The notes: generated from the sequence alone by a model not told the origin. Counted from the stretch's first letter, positions 27,222 to 38,035 are shown. The stretch: 64,000 nt of DNA from an uncultured Verrucomicrobiae bacterium (GCA_963841495.1 CAWJDJ010000019.1:41053-105052), one strand, 5' to 3'. Made by a program: numbers and translations.

Positions 27222-28803
27222 TCTTCCTCAGCAATAAGAGCGCCCAATCCAGCCAGCCGGGAGAAGGCGGCGACTTCCAGGCCGGTCCTTCGACCGGCGG
27301 CAGGGGAATGACCTCACCTGTGAAGGCGTTAAACCAACGGGCCTCATAGGATCCCGGAGTAAGCTGGAGTGTCACGGTGCCCGCATCGGGCAAATACACG
27401 GCATAAATCTCCCCGGGCTTGGCCAGGCAATAAGCGCCGGAACTGACCAACTCGTCATGGGGCTCGGTCTTCCACCAGTCGAAACTGGTGAAGAATTCCA
27501 CCAGGTGTTCGTAACCCTTGAGCATGACCATCGTATCGTCCCCCCGCCCATTGATCCATCCTCCCCCGAGGTCCGGCCAGATGTTCACACCGCGGCGGGC
27601 CGTTTCTCCGGCCGTGCCGTAGGCGCCCGCCATGGCGATCTCCCAGGCCATGTGTCGCAACGTCTCCGCGGAGTCACCGTCGGGCCCGGGCGCCCAGTGC
27701 GGGTAATGATCCTCGTATCCGTACTCCTCGTTCGTCTGCGGAATGATCCGGCCTGTCCTTATCTGGATCTGACGTTCCTCCAGCATCAGCGCGTGCTGGT
27801 TTCTCGACCAGTCCTGGATGGAGGTGAACCCGAACCACGGCGAGGCCCGATCCTGGTGCTCCCGGTGCACCGGATGGGATGTGGCCAGGTGGTGATAGGG
27901 ATCCCAGCCAACGAGAAGGGTGCCCATCTCGTGGGTCCAGGCTTCGTCACGGAAGCTGTCCAGATCGTCACCCAGGTCCCAGGTGACGTTGGAGAAGGCT
28001 GAGAGACGGGCCGCCGCGTATCGGAAATAGCGCCGCTCATCATCGCTCCCGGCCGTCGCCTGGGCGCCGTGGGTCGAGATGTCCAGGATCACCGAAATAA
28101 TCATGTCACGCTCGCGGGCGTACCGCAGCATGCGCTCCCATTTTTGCCAGTAGGAGACGTCGAACCGCGAGTAGTCGATTTCCGGACGATCGAAGCTCCC
28201 GGGCCGCGCCGCAATCCATGGACGCAGGAACACGCTGAAATTGTCGCCCGTCATCACCGGTTCGCCCCAAAGAATGTTCGCCGCCCCGGCAAGCAGGACG
28301 CGAATGCGGTTGATCCGGAGCCGCCCCAGCCGCTCGATCGCTTCATGGATGACTCGATCCTCCTTCCACCCCATCAACCAGAAGGCGGTCGTCCCGTTAA
28401 AGAAATAGTGCTCGTCCGTGCCTTCCCACACGAAATGCCACGGATATTGCCGGTCAACCCGAAGCGATCCGCGTCGATGGGCGTCCGTGGCCGTGAACGT
28501 TCCCCGGTGGGCCGCCACGAAATCCCCCTGCCGATAGGTCACCTCGTAGGAGTACTCGCCGGGGGCGGCGGGCATGAATCGGATGCGAAACGTGCCGCCG
28601 TCGACCGCATCGCAAAAGCCCGTGACCGGCACCCGGTTTGCCCCAGGGCGCCTCGCGAACCAGCCGTCCACCGCGACGTCGGTAAATGGGTTGCCGGCAT
28701 CCGGCCGGCTGACGTCCAGTTTGACTTCAAGAAAGTCGTAGGCCTCGACCAACGGGCTGGACTGCGAGAAGTGAATTTCGGCCGGGTTGGCATGCCCCGC
28801 CAT
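27217..28803 (-). CDS. DUF5060 + DUF4038 protein (glycoside-hydrolase-like)
   Basis: AYDFLEVKLDVSRPDAGNPFTDVAVDGWF...VTGFCDAVDGGTFRIRFMPAAPGEYSYEV (DUF5060 pattern), followed by a TIM-barrel-like region. The start is uncertain. ATG 28803 gives no signal peptide. The ORF is open to 29190 but runs through repeat M2. Confidence 0.7.
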   Translation of the reverse strand: MAGHANPAEIHFSQSSPLVEAYDFLEVKLDVSRPDAGNPFTDVAVDGWFARRPGANRVPVTGFCDAVDGGTFRIRFMPAAPGEYSYEVTYRQGDFVAAHRGTFTATDAHRRGSLRVDRQYPWHFVWEGTDEHYFFNGTTAFWLMGWKEDRVIHEAIERLGRLRINRIRVLLAGAANILWGEPVMTGDNFSVFLRPWIAARPGSFDRPEIDYSRFDVSYWQKWERMLRYARERDMIISVILDISTHGAQATAGSDDERRYFRYAAARLSAFSNVTWDLGDDLDSFRDEAWTHEMGTLLVGWDPYHHLATSHPVHREHQDRASPWFGFTSIQDWSRNQHALMLEERQIQIRTGRIIPQTNEEYGYEDHYPHWAPGPDGDSAETLRHMAWEIAMAGAYGTAGETARRGVNIWPDLGGGWINGRGDDTMVMLKGYEHLVEFFTSFDWWKTEPHDELVSSGAYCLAKPGEIYAVYLPDAGTVTLQLTPGSYEARWFNAFTGEVIPLPPVEGPAWKSPPSPGWLDWALLLLRKT

Positions 28804-28847
28804 CGATGCGCCCGCCAGCAGAAAAAAGCTGCGGACAATTGGACTTA

Positions 28848-29012
28848 GAGCCCGTCCGAAAAGGAGGAATGGAGCTGCGAGGAGGGATTCTATGCGAGGC
28901 CCGGGCGGCGAGACCGGAGCATCCCCGTCCCGCAGCGCGGGATGACGGTCGAGCCAATCCCGCAGCCGCGGGACCTCGCGCAAAAGACACCTCGCCCGGA
29001 GGGTTTTCCAAT
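28848..29012. repeat. Copy M2 (half element) of the MITE-like repeat family
   Basis: Starts with the terminus agagcccgtccgaaaaggagg and carries the conserved core ggcgagaccggagcatccccg...gacggtcgagccaat...cctcgcgcaaaaga. Confidence 0.65.
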
Positions 29013-29252
29013 CGATCATAAGTGGTTTTCGCAAATCAAGAACCTCGGCGGCTGCCAGGCCGCTGTTCACGGATGCTTGAAGGATCCCGGATGAGCACGC
29101 ACCGCGGACCATGAATCGCCGCCGCGCAGTTTCAATCTTCAACGTGAAGCGCGGGACGAGCCGGCGCCGGACTCCGCGGCGGTGAATCACTCTCCAGTTG
29201 GAGACAGGGTCGATGGCTGGCGTTTGGGCTGCAAATTACCCAAAGTCGCGAC

Positions 29253-30305
29253 ATGAAGCCGCTCTTCGATTTCGAGCCGCCTGGTGGCTGCCCCCCACAG
29301 GTGAGTCGTCCGAATCAACGCGTTCACCGCCCCAAGCCGAGACGGGGAGCCTGGGCTGGAATCCTGGTCCGGAACGTGACGCGGTGCCTCCTCTTCGCGA
29401 CGCTGCTTCCGTCGGGTTCTATTCGGGGCGCGGAGGAGACCCTGGTGGTGCCAGTCTGGCCGGGAGGGGTCCCGGGAGATTCCGGGACGTTCGGGCCTGA
29501 GCGGGTTCGGGCGCCATCCGAGGCGCCGACAATGGATGCTCAGTGGATCACAAGCGTCACAAAGCCGGTCATCGCGGTCTTCCGGCCAATGTCGGACAAG
29601 CGAAATGGCGCGGCGATTCTCGTCTGTCCGGGAGGTGGTTACTGGAACCTGGCTTGGGATCTCGAGGGAGAAGAAGTGGCAGCCTGGCTGAATTCGGTGG
29701 GTGTGACGGCCGCGGTCTTGAAGTACCGTGTGCCGAGGCGTCCCGGAGAACCGGAAGCCCTGCCGGCCCATGGCCCCCTCCTGGATGCCCAGCGCGCCCT
29801 CCGTTTGCTTCGAAGCCGCGCCGCGGACTGGATGATCGATCCCAAACGGCTCGGAATTCTCGGATTCTCAGCCGGCGGGCATCTCGCCATCGCCGCTGCG
29901 ACCCACTTCGATCAGCCGGCCTACGATCCGATCGACGCCATCGATCAAACGAGCTGCCGGCCGGATTTTGCCGTTGCCGTCTATCCAGGATATCTCATCG
30001 AGCAGGGTCCGGCCGGCGTCGAGATCCACAAGAATCGCCTGGCGCCCTACATCCGGATTCCGTCGGGTACCCCCCCGGTCCTATTGGTCCACGCAAGCGA
30101 TGATCCTGTGGCCGGTCCGGAGAATAGCCTCGCGATGTACCAGGCCCTGACGCATGCCAATGTTCCCGCGGAGCTGCACGTCTACGCGGAGGGAGGCCAT
30201 GGATTTGGCGTCCGCAAAAGCACCCGGCCGTGCTCAACCTGGACGGAACGGTGCGTGGCGTGGTTGAAAAGCCAGGGACTCCTGGAGCGACCGCCGAAAT
30301 CGTGA
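29253..30305 (+). CDS. Secreted alpha/beta-hydrolase (esterase/lipase family)
   Basis: Oxyanion region ILVCPGGGY, nucleophile elbow GFSAGGHLA, and acid/His LLVHASDDPV and GGHGFG. An in-frame GTG at 29376 would give a cleaner signal peptide (MTRCLLFATLLPSGSIRGAEE). Confidence 0.8.
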   Translation: MKPLFDFEPPGGCPPQVSRPNQRVHRPKPRRGAWAGILVRNVTRCLLFATLLPSGSIRGAEETLVVPVWPGGVPGDSGTFGPERVRAPSEAPTMDAQWITSVTKPVIAVFRPMSDKRNGAAILVCPGGGYWNLAWDLEGEEVAAWLNSVGVTAAVLKYRVPRRPGEPEALPAHGPLLDAQRALRLLRSRAADWMIDPKRLGILGFSAGGHLAIAAATHFDQPAYDPIDAIDQTSCRPDFAVAVYPGYLIEQGPAGVEIHKNRLAPYIRIPSGTPPVLLVHASDDPVAGPENSLAMYQALTHANVPAELHVYAEGGHGFGVRKSTRPCSTWTERCVAWLKSQGLLERPPKS

Positions 30306-30714
30306 CGCGCCGGCCGGCCGCCGTTGGCGTTCGGGAACACCAAGCCACTGGTGAACTTCCTGTTCCAAATCACCCTGCTGCCCGCATCTCAACAACCCGC
30401 ACCGGGAAATATCGCCCCGCGCACGCTCACCGAAGCAACACGAGAGACGGAGCCAGGACGATAGCGGCACTCGCCTCACGGACACAGAGCTCCTGGATCG
30501 CGCGTCGGCTTTGGGCTGGACTCTATTCTCCCAGGACGAAGATCTCTTCCTCGAGACGGCCCGAATCAAATTGTATTTCTCTGAAGGATTCGCTGCCGGG
30601 TGCGAAACGAGCGATCACCCTGTTCGACCTCCGCCAATTGGCGTCGATCGTGATGGAAACGATAGGCGAGCGAGCAGCTTCCCTCACACATTTTCCGGAA
30701 CGTATCAACCGCCA

Positions 30715-31428
30715 TCATGAGCAATTCACCTTCGGGCGACACTTCCTCACTTTGTCAACCAGCCAGAGGATGCCGCCGCCAACAAGCACCAACGTGCCGT
30801 TCCCCGGCTCTGGGATGACCGGGTCGGGTGAAAACCGAATGCTGTCGATGGCATTGAAACTGTAACCAAAGGTCTGAGTCAATTTCAGTTCCACCTGCTG
30901 CCCGGCCCATGGCGAAACATCCATGGCGACATCCTGGAAAGTCAGGCTGGTATTCTCAGGGTCCCATCCGTTGAGAGGAAGTTGAATACCGTTGATCCGG
31001 ACATCCCACGGCCCTCCCGCTGCATTGTAGTGGAGTGACTTTGCATCTGCTGGGATGTCTCCGACCTGGAGAATGCTCGCAGTGTACTCAATAAATTTTT
31101 GGCTTGTTGCCAAAAACGCAAATTTGCCATCGGCCGGCAGTCCTTGAGGTGTCGAAGTCGCATTGTACAGTGACTGAGCTCCGATGTCTCCAGGCTGGAG
31201 GCCGAAAAAGACCGAAGTGCCCTCAATATCCCCCGCAAATAGCCGCCATCCAGGCATCCAGAAATGCAGGCTCCCAAGGCTCACTCCATCAAGACCAGGG
31301 GGATCAATAATTCCAATTGACGTGTCCCCTTCGTCAAAGTCCAGGTTTACGAATTCGCTGGCGATACCTAACGTGCTCCAACTCAATGCGCCGGCAATGG
31401 ATACAGCTATCTGCAGTTTGAGTTTCAT
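30715..31428 (-). CDS. PEP-CTERM-anchored secreted protein, paralog 1
   Basis: Signal peptide MKLKLQIAVSIAGALSWSTLGIA. C-terminal sorting signal VIPEPGNGTLVLVGGGILWLVDKVRK. The start codon overlaps the stop of the upstream giant-gene fragment (ATGA). Confidence 0.85.
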   Translation of the reverse strand: MKLKLQIAVSIAGALSWSTLGIASEFVNLDFDEGDTSIGIIDPPGLDGVSLGSLHFWMPGWRLFAGDIEGTSVFFGLQPGDIGAQSLYNATSTPQGLPADGKFAFLATSQKFIEYTASILQVGDIPADAKSLHYNAAGGPWDVRINGIQLPLNGWDPENTSLTFQDVAMDVSPWAGQQVELKLTQTFGYSFNAIDSIRFSPDPVIPEPGNGTLVLVGGGILWLVDKVRKCRPKVNCS

Positions 31429-33697
31429 GGTACGTTGATTTTTAGAGATTGAGAGGGATTCCAAAATGACCCGCAACCCGTGTGGGTAAGCGTCGCGGTG
31501 CGAATTTGATAGAAAACATTCGCGGGAGCTGGTGCATCGACGATTTCTGGTACATTTACCGGCGAATTCGACAATTCAACGAATGGACCATCCTCGGTTC
31601 CAGACCTGAGCACACAGTAGCAAGTTTCCGGATTCGAGGCGGGCGTCCACTTCAGTGTGACTTCGGAGCCTACATGGCTCTTGGACCGCAACGTTGGCGG
31701 CTCGACGCCAAACCAGCGAAGCGTTGGATCGCCCAAAATGCCCGCGGCGATCTGTAATGCGCGCTGTGCCGGAAGGGCGCTGCCCCAAAAAGTCCGCCAG
31801 ATAATCATAAAAACTTGTTTGAAAGTCTCCAAGATGATATCCTTGCGCGAAGCGATTGATCGATCCGCCCAGGTTCCAGCAGACCGCCAAACCATAGTCT
31901 TCGGCGGCGAGGAAGCTCTGCAGCATCCCGTCAGTATGCACTTCCGTTGGATGTTGTATTGGTGCGCCGCGCAAATTCCAATCGCCAAACCAGGACCCGT
32001 AGAGATTGGCGAAAGCGATCTTCGGCTGGTGTAGCGGGTCGACCAGGCTCGCAGAATTGACCGTCCCGATCTTATCAATATTTCCGTCGCCCTTTTGAGC
32101 GCCCCAGATATACGCCAGGCTCTTTGTGGCAGCGAATAGATCCCCCTGAGCCAGGCCATGGGCCATATCCTGGGAAAAGAGGACACGGCAAATGTGCTCA
32201 CCGAGACGCATGACTTTATAGGCCATCTCTGTCGGCCGCGATGGGGACTGGCAGGGTCGAAGGAATTGTAATGCAAGTCCTCTTCTTGACACGGGAATCC
32301 GACCGTGTCGGAAGCGGTGGTTCTTGTCGAAATAACGCCTGAGCAAGCCGATCTCGTCGAGCGGAGATCGGTGGATTTCCATAAGACGCAGGTAGGTTAG
32401 CAAAATCGATTCGTCCCACCGCGATTTCCATACGCGTGTCGCCAGTGATCGACATCCGGCGGTTGCGGAATCCTGTCGATTATCCCATTTCTTGTCTCCT
32501 GGAACATTCAGTGTGATAGGGTAGCTTGACGGGAATTTCCTGCGATTTTGCTGAGACGAATCGCGTGCATCGTTCCAGTCGCCCATTCACATCTCCATAG
32601 TAAATATCAGAAGACCAGGCACCAAAATGATTTCCCACGGAGTAGTAATTTGCGTGACCATCGGGTGCGGACATCCCAGTGTAAGGAACTGGAACGTGCC
32701 CGATCAGAATCACGACATTGAGTTCTGGAGGACTGTATTGATTGTACACGCGCACAATCTTCTGCTTGAGCTGATTGATGGCATCGATGTTCGCTTGACT
32801 CCAACTGGCGTCATCGTGGCGAAGCGCCGTCGCAATCCCATCTTCGGTCTCGGTACCATCTTCCACAAGCCACCCGTCCCCGATGAGGTCGCTTTTGAAC
32901 TGCGTCAATTCGGTGTCGAGCCTTTTGGCGGGGTCGGGGTCATGAACCAGCGAATTCTCAACGACAAGGAGCACTCTGCCGCGATTCAGGATGGGAGGAA
33001 TTTGAATGCCCGCGATTATACCCGGGAGAAACGCCCCGGATGCGGATCCGTCCACGTAAAGCTTCTGGAAGCGGTAATCAAAGCGTGTTCCAACTTGCAG
33101 GGCATTTTCACCTTCTTCGGCAGTGGAGTTTGTGTATGCAAATCCTCCCAGCTCAGCCAAGTCATGCCAGGTCGACGTGCCAGTTACGCGACGTTGAATC
33201 TTTATTCCACCATAGGAGCGGATCCCGTAACGCCAATGGAAGGTCAGTCCTGGAGGACTGTCGGATTCTTCGGCATACATGGACTTATCGGACTCGAGTC
33301 CGGTGAAGGATTCGCCAGGATAATTGAAGAGTTCCACTTCATCAATGACGCCGTAACAACTGCTGGAGCCATTGGGGCGACTACCGACGCTGAATCCCGA
33401 TCCGAGAACTGCGGTCGACGGCAGAGGCGTGGGTGATGGAGCGAACACGGCAACGAAGGAGCCGTCCTTCCAGATGCACCAGCGATTGTCCAGAACACCG
33501 AAGACAACCTCGCTCCATTTGCCGTTTAAGAATGCTGGTCCGCCGCTGAACGTGAGAGTCTCACTTTCCGCTTCAAACGTGGCTCCTCCGACTGACACGC
33601 GAATGCCCAGTTTAGTGCCGCTTCCCGGATCAGGAACTCGATGTATCCAGCAGCAGGGTTGCCAATCGGGTCCCCGACGACCAGGAGCGTCGCTTCG
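31425..33697 (-). pseudogene. 5'-truncated, frameshifted paralog (fragment 1) of the giant surface protein gene
   Basis: ORFs 32480..33598, 31576..32586 and 31425..32276 together align to the C-terminal ~730 aa of 38007..44231. The 5' part is near-identical and the last ~1.1 kb is clearly more divergent. Homology stops abruptly at 33697, where a Y1-transposase element begins. Confidence 0.85.
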
Positions 33698-33995
33698 TCA
33701 TGGAAAGAGGGTCACATCTCACACTTTATCAATTGCGAGCTCCCGCTTCAGGCGACCTTTCTCGGTGCGGTCTCGCGCCAATCGCCGTTCGTATCGCTTG
33801 ACGTTGGTCGCCACCACCCCGTAGTTCCGCAACTCCACCCGCCGGGCCAGTTCCGCCAGCTTGAGCCCAAACAACCGCCCCCCAAGATACAACGCCATAT
33901 CCCGTCCCGAGTCGCCATACTGGTCCCGAAACTCCGCCCACTTCCGTCCTTTGACCTCCTCGATCGCACGGATCACAGCCTCAAACGCCGGCCGC
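33698..33995 (-). mobile_element. Partial (3'-end, ~300 bp) copy of the Y1-transposase element
   Basis: Begins with the same terminus tcatggaaagagggtcacatctcacactttatcaattgcg and encodes only the last 85 aa (ORF 33719..33976). It is followed directly by a second copy of the terminus. Confidence 0.8.
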
Positions 33996-34000
33996 GCAGT

Positions 34001-35141
34001 TCATGGAAAGAGGGTCACATCTCACACTTTATCAATTGCGAGCTCCCGCTTCAGGCGACCTTTCTCGGTGCGGTCTCGCGCCAATCGCCGTTCGTACCGC
34101 TTGACGTTGGTCGCCACTACCCCGTCGTTCCGCAATTCCACCCGCCGGGCCAGTTCCGCCAGCTTGAGCCCACACAACCGCCGCCCCAGATACAACGCCA
34201 TATCCCGTCCCGAGTCCCCATACTGGTCCCGAAACTCCGCCCACTTCCGTCCTTTGACCTCCTCGATCGCACGGATCACAGCCTCAAACGCCGGCCGCAC
34301 TGCCAGCAACCGCCGCGCCCCACGCTGCTCCTGCTCATCTCCGCCAATCCAGTTCCGCAAACTTGCCAGGAACTCGCCGCCGCCCAGCACCACTTGCTCC
34401 TGCACCGATTCCCACGGACTCTTCGCCAGCCCCTCCCGCACCGCTGTCTCCACGTAATCCCGCTACTGCCGACGCTGCTCGCCCTGGGATCCGCCACCAA
34501 ATCCGAGCACGGTCCGGCATTCGAGCCATTCGGGAGTCGGCTCCAAGCCGAGGTAGGCCCGATACGAACTCCACCGGCAGCCTCGCAGCAACGCGATCCG
34601 TTCCCGCACGCGGGCCGCGTCGGGAGCGGGGGACAAGCCCACCCGCTGCGCCGCTCGGTCCTCCTTGTCCAAACCCAGCGCTTGGACTCGGACCGGGTTG
34701 AGATGCACGTAGCGGCTCAGCGCCAGCGCCCATTCCTCCGGGCTGACGGCCACCGACTTGAACCGTCCCTGGAACAGATGACCGCTGCGCCCGTGCCGAC
34801 GGTTCAACCACACGCTGCAACTCACGTTCAACCACTGCACGCTCCGGCTCAGGTTGGCTTCGGCCAATTCCAGCATCAGATGGTAATGGTTGTCCATCAG
34901 CACGAATGCATGCAGCCGCACGCGAAACCGATCGCCCATCTCCCCAAGAATTCTCCAGGAAATGCAACCGATCGCGCCCGTCCCGATCAATGGCTTTCCG
35001 TTCGTTACCGCGGGCCGCTGATGTGATACCAACCGCCCGGCTTCTCAAGCCGCAAAGGCCGTGCCACGGGTACGAGGGTATCCCCTTCCGACGGCGCAGC
35101 GCAATTGCATAATTGTGAGATGTGACCCCCGTTCCTACCCC
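34001..35141 (-). mobile_element. Full-length but inactivated copy of the Y1 (IS200/RAYT-like) transposase element
   Basis: Same termini as 48709..49845. The coding region is split (34463..35032 and 34022..34453) by a TAT->TAG nonsense change (RRQ*RDYVE) and an N-terminal frameshift. The HUH motif is intact here (LMDNHYHLML). Confidence 0.85.
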
Positions 35142-35719
35142 ACGGGCCGAGGTTTGACCGGCCCGGGACGGGACGGGATGCGGAACCGCATTCCACGGAA
35201 GGCTCGGCCGCTCGGGTTGCACTCCTGCATTGCCCGATCCTCCGAACCGCGGGGAGAAGGTAAGCACAGCGTCCAGGCGTAGGAAGGCCGAAGGCAGGGA
35301 GCGGCAGTCGGGTTCGCGGCCGAGCTCGTGCCAAGCTGCAGTCCCTGTTGGCCAGCCGCCTGGCCACCGCGCGGGCGTGGAATCTCAAGGAGACCTTCCA
35401 GCACTTCTGGACCTATCGCTCGGTGCACTGGGCAGGTGGGTTCTTGGACTACTGGTGCCAGCGGGCGATGCGCAGCCCCCTGGACCCCATGAAGAAAATC
35501 GCCCGTATGTTACGTACCCACGAGGAACTCCTGCTCAACTGATTTCGGGCTCGGGGCGAAGTCTCCAGCGGCGCGGTCGAGGGACTCAACAACAAGATCC
35601 GAGTGGTCACCAGACGTTCCTACGGCTTCCGTACATACCGCGGCATGGAACTCGCGCTCTACCACAACCTTGGACGTCTACCCGAGCCTCCGCTCACCCA
35701 CAGATTCTGCTGAGGAGGC
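35142..35719 (+). mobile_element. ISL3-family IS remnant (left end removed by the Y1 element)
   Basis: Encodes only the transposase C-terminus (KLQSLLASRLATARAWNLKETFQHFWTYRS...EGLNNKIRVVTRRSYGFRTYRGMELALYHNLG...THRFC) with an internal frameshift. Appears identical (by eye) to 44794..45371. Confidence 0.8.
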
Positions 35720-35819
35720 GGAAACGATAGGCGAGCGAGCAGCTTCCCTCACACATTTTCCGGAACGTATCAACCGCCATCATGAGCAATTCACCTTCGG
35801 GCGACACTTCCTCACTTTG

Positions 35820-36494
35820 TCAACCAGCCAGAGGATGCCGCCGCCGAACAAGCACCAACGTGCCGTTCCCCGGCTCTGGGATGACCGGGTCGGGTGAAAA
35901 CCGAATGCTGTCGATGGCATTGAAACTGTAACCAAAGGTCTGAGTCAATTTCAGTTCCACCTGCTGCCCGGCCCATGGCGAAACATCCATGGCGACATCC
36001 TGGAAAGTCAGGCTGGTATTCTCAGGGTCCCATCCGTTGAGAGGAAGTTGAATACCGTTGATGCGGACATCCCACGGCCCTCCCACTGCATTGTAGTGGA
36101 GTGACTTTGCATCTGCTGGGATGTCTCCGACCTGGAGAATGCTCGCAGTGTACTCAATAAATTTTTGGCTTGTTGCCAAAAACGCAAATTTGCCATCGGC
36201 CGGCAGTCCTTGAGGTGTCGAAGTCGCATTGTACAGTGACTGAGCTCCGATGTCTCCAGGCTGGAGGCCGAAAAAAACAGTGTTTTTCTCGACGCCATTG
36301 CCAAACAGGCGCCATCCGGGCAACCAGTACTCTGTGAGCCCAGCGCTCACGCCATCAAGACCAGGGGGAACCACTACGCCAATGGTCGTGTCGCCTTCGT
36401 CGAAGTCCAAGTTTACGAATGCACTGGCTATCCCTGGCGTGCTCCAACTCAATGCGCCGGCAATGGATAGAGCTATCTGCAGTTTGAGTTTCAT
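35820..36494 (-). pseudogene. PEP-CTERM protein paralog 2 with a 1-nt insertion destroying the C-terminal anchor
   Basis: Matches paralogs 1 and 3 up to VIPEPGNGTLVLV, then reads RRRHPLAG*. The plus strand has gccgccgaacaag versus gccgccaacaag in the other two copies. Confidence 0.8.
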
Positions 36495-36567
36495 GGTACG
36501 TTGATTCTTAGAGATTGAGAGGGGTTCCAAAATGAGCCGCAACCCGTGTGGGTAAGCGTCGCGCTCC

Positions 36568-38035
36568 AATTGATACACAGCGATCCACAGGAATGAGCAA
36601 AAAGTTGCTGGAAGATCGCAGTTGACTCTGCGACACGGCAGAGATGGATAACATCCGCAACCTTCCAGCGCCGTCGAAGCTCTCGTCCTTCGGCAAGTTT
36701 TCAACCTCATTCCCGAGTTCCTGGTTCAGAAGTTGGCTCGGGAAACTGGCGTGGATGAAAAGGCGCGCACATTCAGTCCGTGGAGTCATGTAGTGAGTTT
36801 GGGTTACAGCCATCTGGCGCACGCCATCGGGCTCAATGACGTCAGCGATGCTCTCCAGCTCAACTCCGGTCCGCTGTCTGCGATTCGTGGGGCGACACCG
36901 CCCAGTCGGAACAACCTTTCGTATGCTAATCGCCACCGGGATGCGACCCTGTCGGAGAGACTCTTCTGGGAAGTGTACGAGCATCTGGGAGAGATCTGCC
37001 CGAAGTTTGTCAGCGGAAGAGCGGGTAAGAAGTTTGCGCGGAGATTCCAGCGGACGATCCATGTCGTGGACTCGACCACGATTGAGTTGGTTGCCTCGTG
37101 CATGGATTGGGCGAAGCACCGCCGGCGCAAGGCGGCCGCGAAGTGCCATCTGCGCCTGGACCTGCAGAGTTTTCTGCCGCGCTTCGCGATCATCGACACG
37201 GCGCGTGAGGCTGACGCCAAGCGTGCACGGGAGGTCTGTGCGGACATCAAGGAGGGCGAAATCGCCATATTTGACAAGGCTTACGTGGACTTCGGACACC
37301 TGGGAGATCTGGAGTTACGCGGGGTGGTGTGGGTGACGCGTGCCAAAGAGAACCTGAGCTACGAGGTGAGAGAGACGTACCCGGTGCCTGACGGCGGCAA
37401 AGTGGTCAAAGACGAGTTGATTGCGTTAACGAACGCGGCTTCTCAGAAAGCGTATCCGGATCTTTTGCGTCGTGTAGAGGTGTGGGTGGAAGTGGACGGA
37501 AAAGAGAAATTGATGACCTTCCTGACCAATCAACTGACTTGGAGTCCGCAAAGCGTGGCGGACCTGTATCGGTGTCGGTGGCGCATCGAGGTGTTCTTTA
37601 AGCAGATGAAGCAGACGCTGCAGTTGTCGGATTTCCTGGGGACCAGCGCCAACGCAGTACGCTGGCAAATCTGGACGGCCTTGCTGGTCTATCTGTTGCT
37701 CAGATATCTGGCTTTTCAGTCAAACTGGAAACACAGCTTCAGTCGGCTATTTGCCGTGATACGAACGGGACTATGGAGAAAGTGGGATCTGATAAGTCTC
37801 TTGGAACTATATGGGACAGCCAAGAGCAGCCCCCGTTACCTTGCGCATACCGAGCAGGCCTATTTCCCTGGATTCGCGTGATCCCGTGGGACAGCCACCG
37901 CGCAAAACGAATAGCGAATCTTTCCGGAGGGACAGATGATCTGAAAAGTCTTAAACCACTTCCGCGCCACGGCCCTAAAATCCCTCGGAAAACCGCAGGA
38001 TTACCCTTAGGTTTTGCTATCTATGGGATGACAGC
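36568..38035 (+). mobile_element. IS4-family insertion sequence inserted 24 codons before the stop of the giant gene
   Basis: Boundaries come from comparison with the uninterrupted paralogous junction at 46225-46232 (gcgctcc|gaatttgatagg). Terminal inverted repeats are not obvious by eye. Confidence 0.75.
36733..37881 (+). CDS. IS4-family DDE transposase (DUF4372 N-terminal + DDE_Tnp_1)
   Basis: DDE contexts HVVDSTTIEL, IAIFDKAYVDF and YRCRWRIEVFFKQMKQ. The conserved N-terminal VFNLIPEFLVQKLARETG lies upstream of the first usable start (TTG 36733). The ATG at ~36643 is in another frame, so a frameshift is possible. Confidence 0.8.
   Translation: MARETGVDEKARTFSPWSHVVSLGYSHLAHAIGLNDVSDALQLNSGPLSAIRGATPPSRNNLSYANRHRDATLSERLFWEVYEHLGEICPKFVSGRAGKKFARRFQRTIHVVDSTTIELVASCMDWAKHRRRKAAAKCHLRLDLQSFLPRFAIIDTAREADAKRAREVCADIKEGEIAIFDKAYVDFGHLGDLELRGVVWVTRAKENLSYEVRETYPVPDGGKVVKDELIALTNAASQKAYPDLLRRVEVWVEVDGKEKLMTFLTNQLTWSPQSVADLYRCRWRIEVFFKQMKQTLQLSDFLGTSANAVRWQIWTALLVYLLLRYLAFQSNWKHSFSRLFAVIRTGLWRKWDLISLLELYGTAKSSPRYLAHTEQAYFPGFA

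Noticed and set aside
30470-30566. Fragment reading GTRLTDTELLDRASALGWTLFSQDEDLFLETARI, reminiscent of the C-terminal part of DUF5615/PIN-like proteins.
   Set aside because: Only ~35 residues with no start codon. It is truncated exactly where repeat unit 1 begins, so it is at best a gene remnant, and the assignment rests on weak memory-based resemblance.
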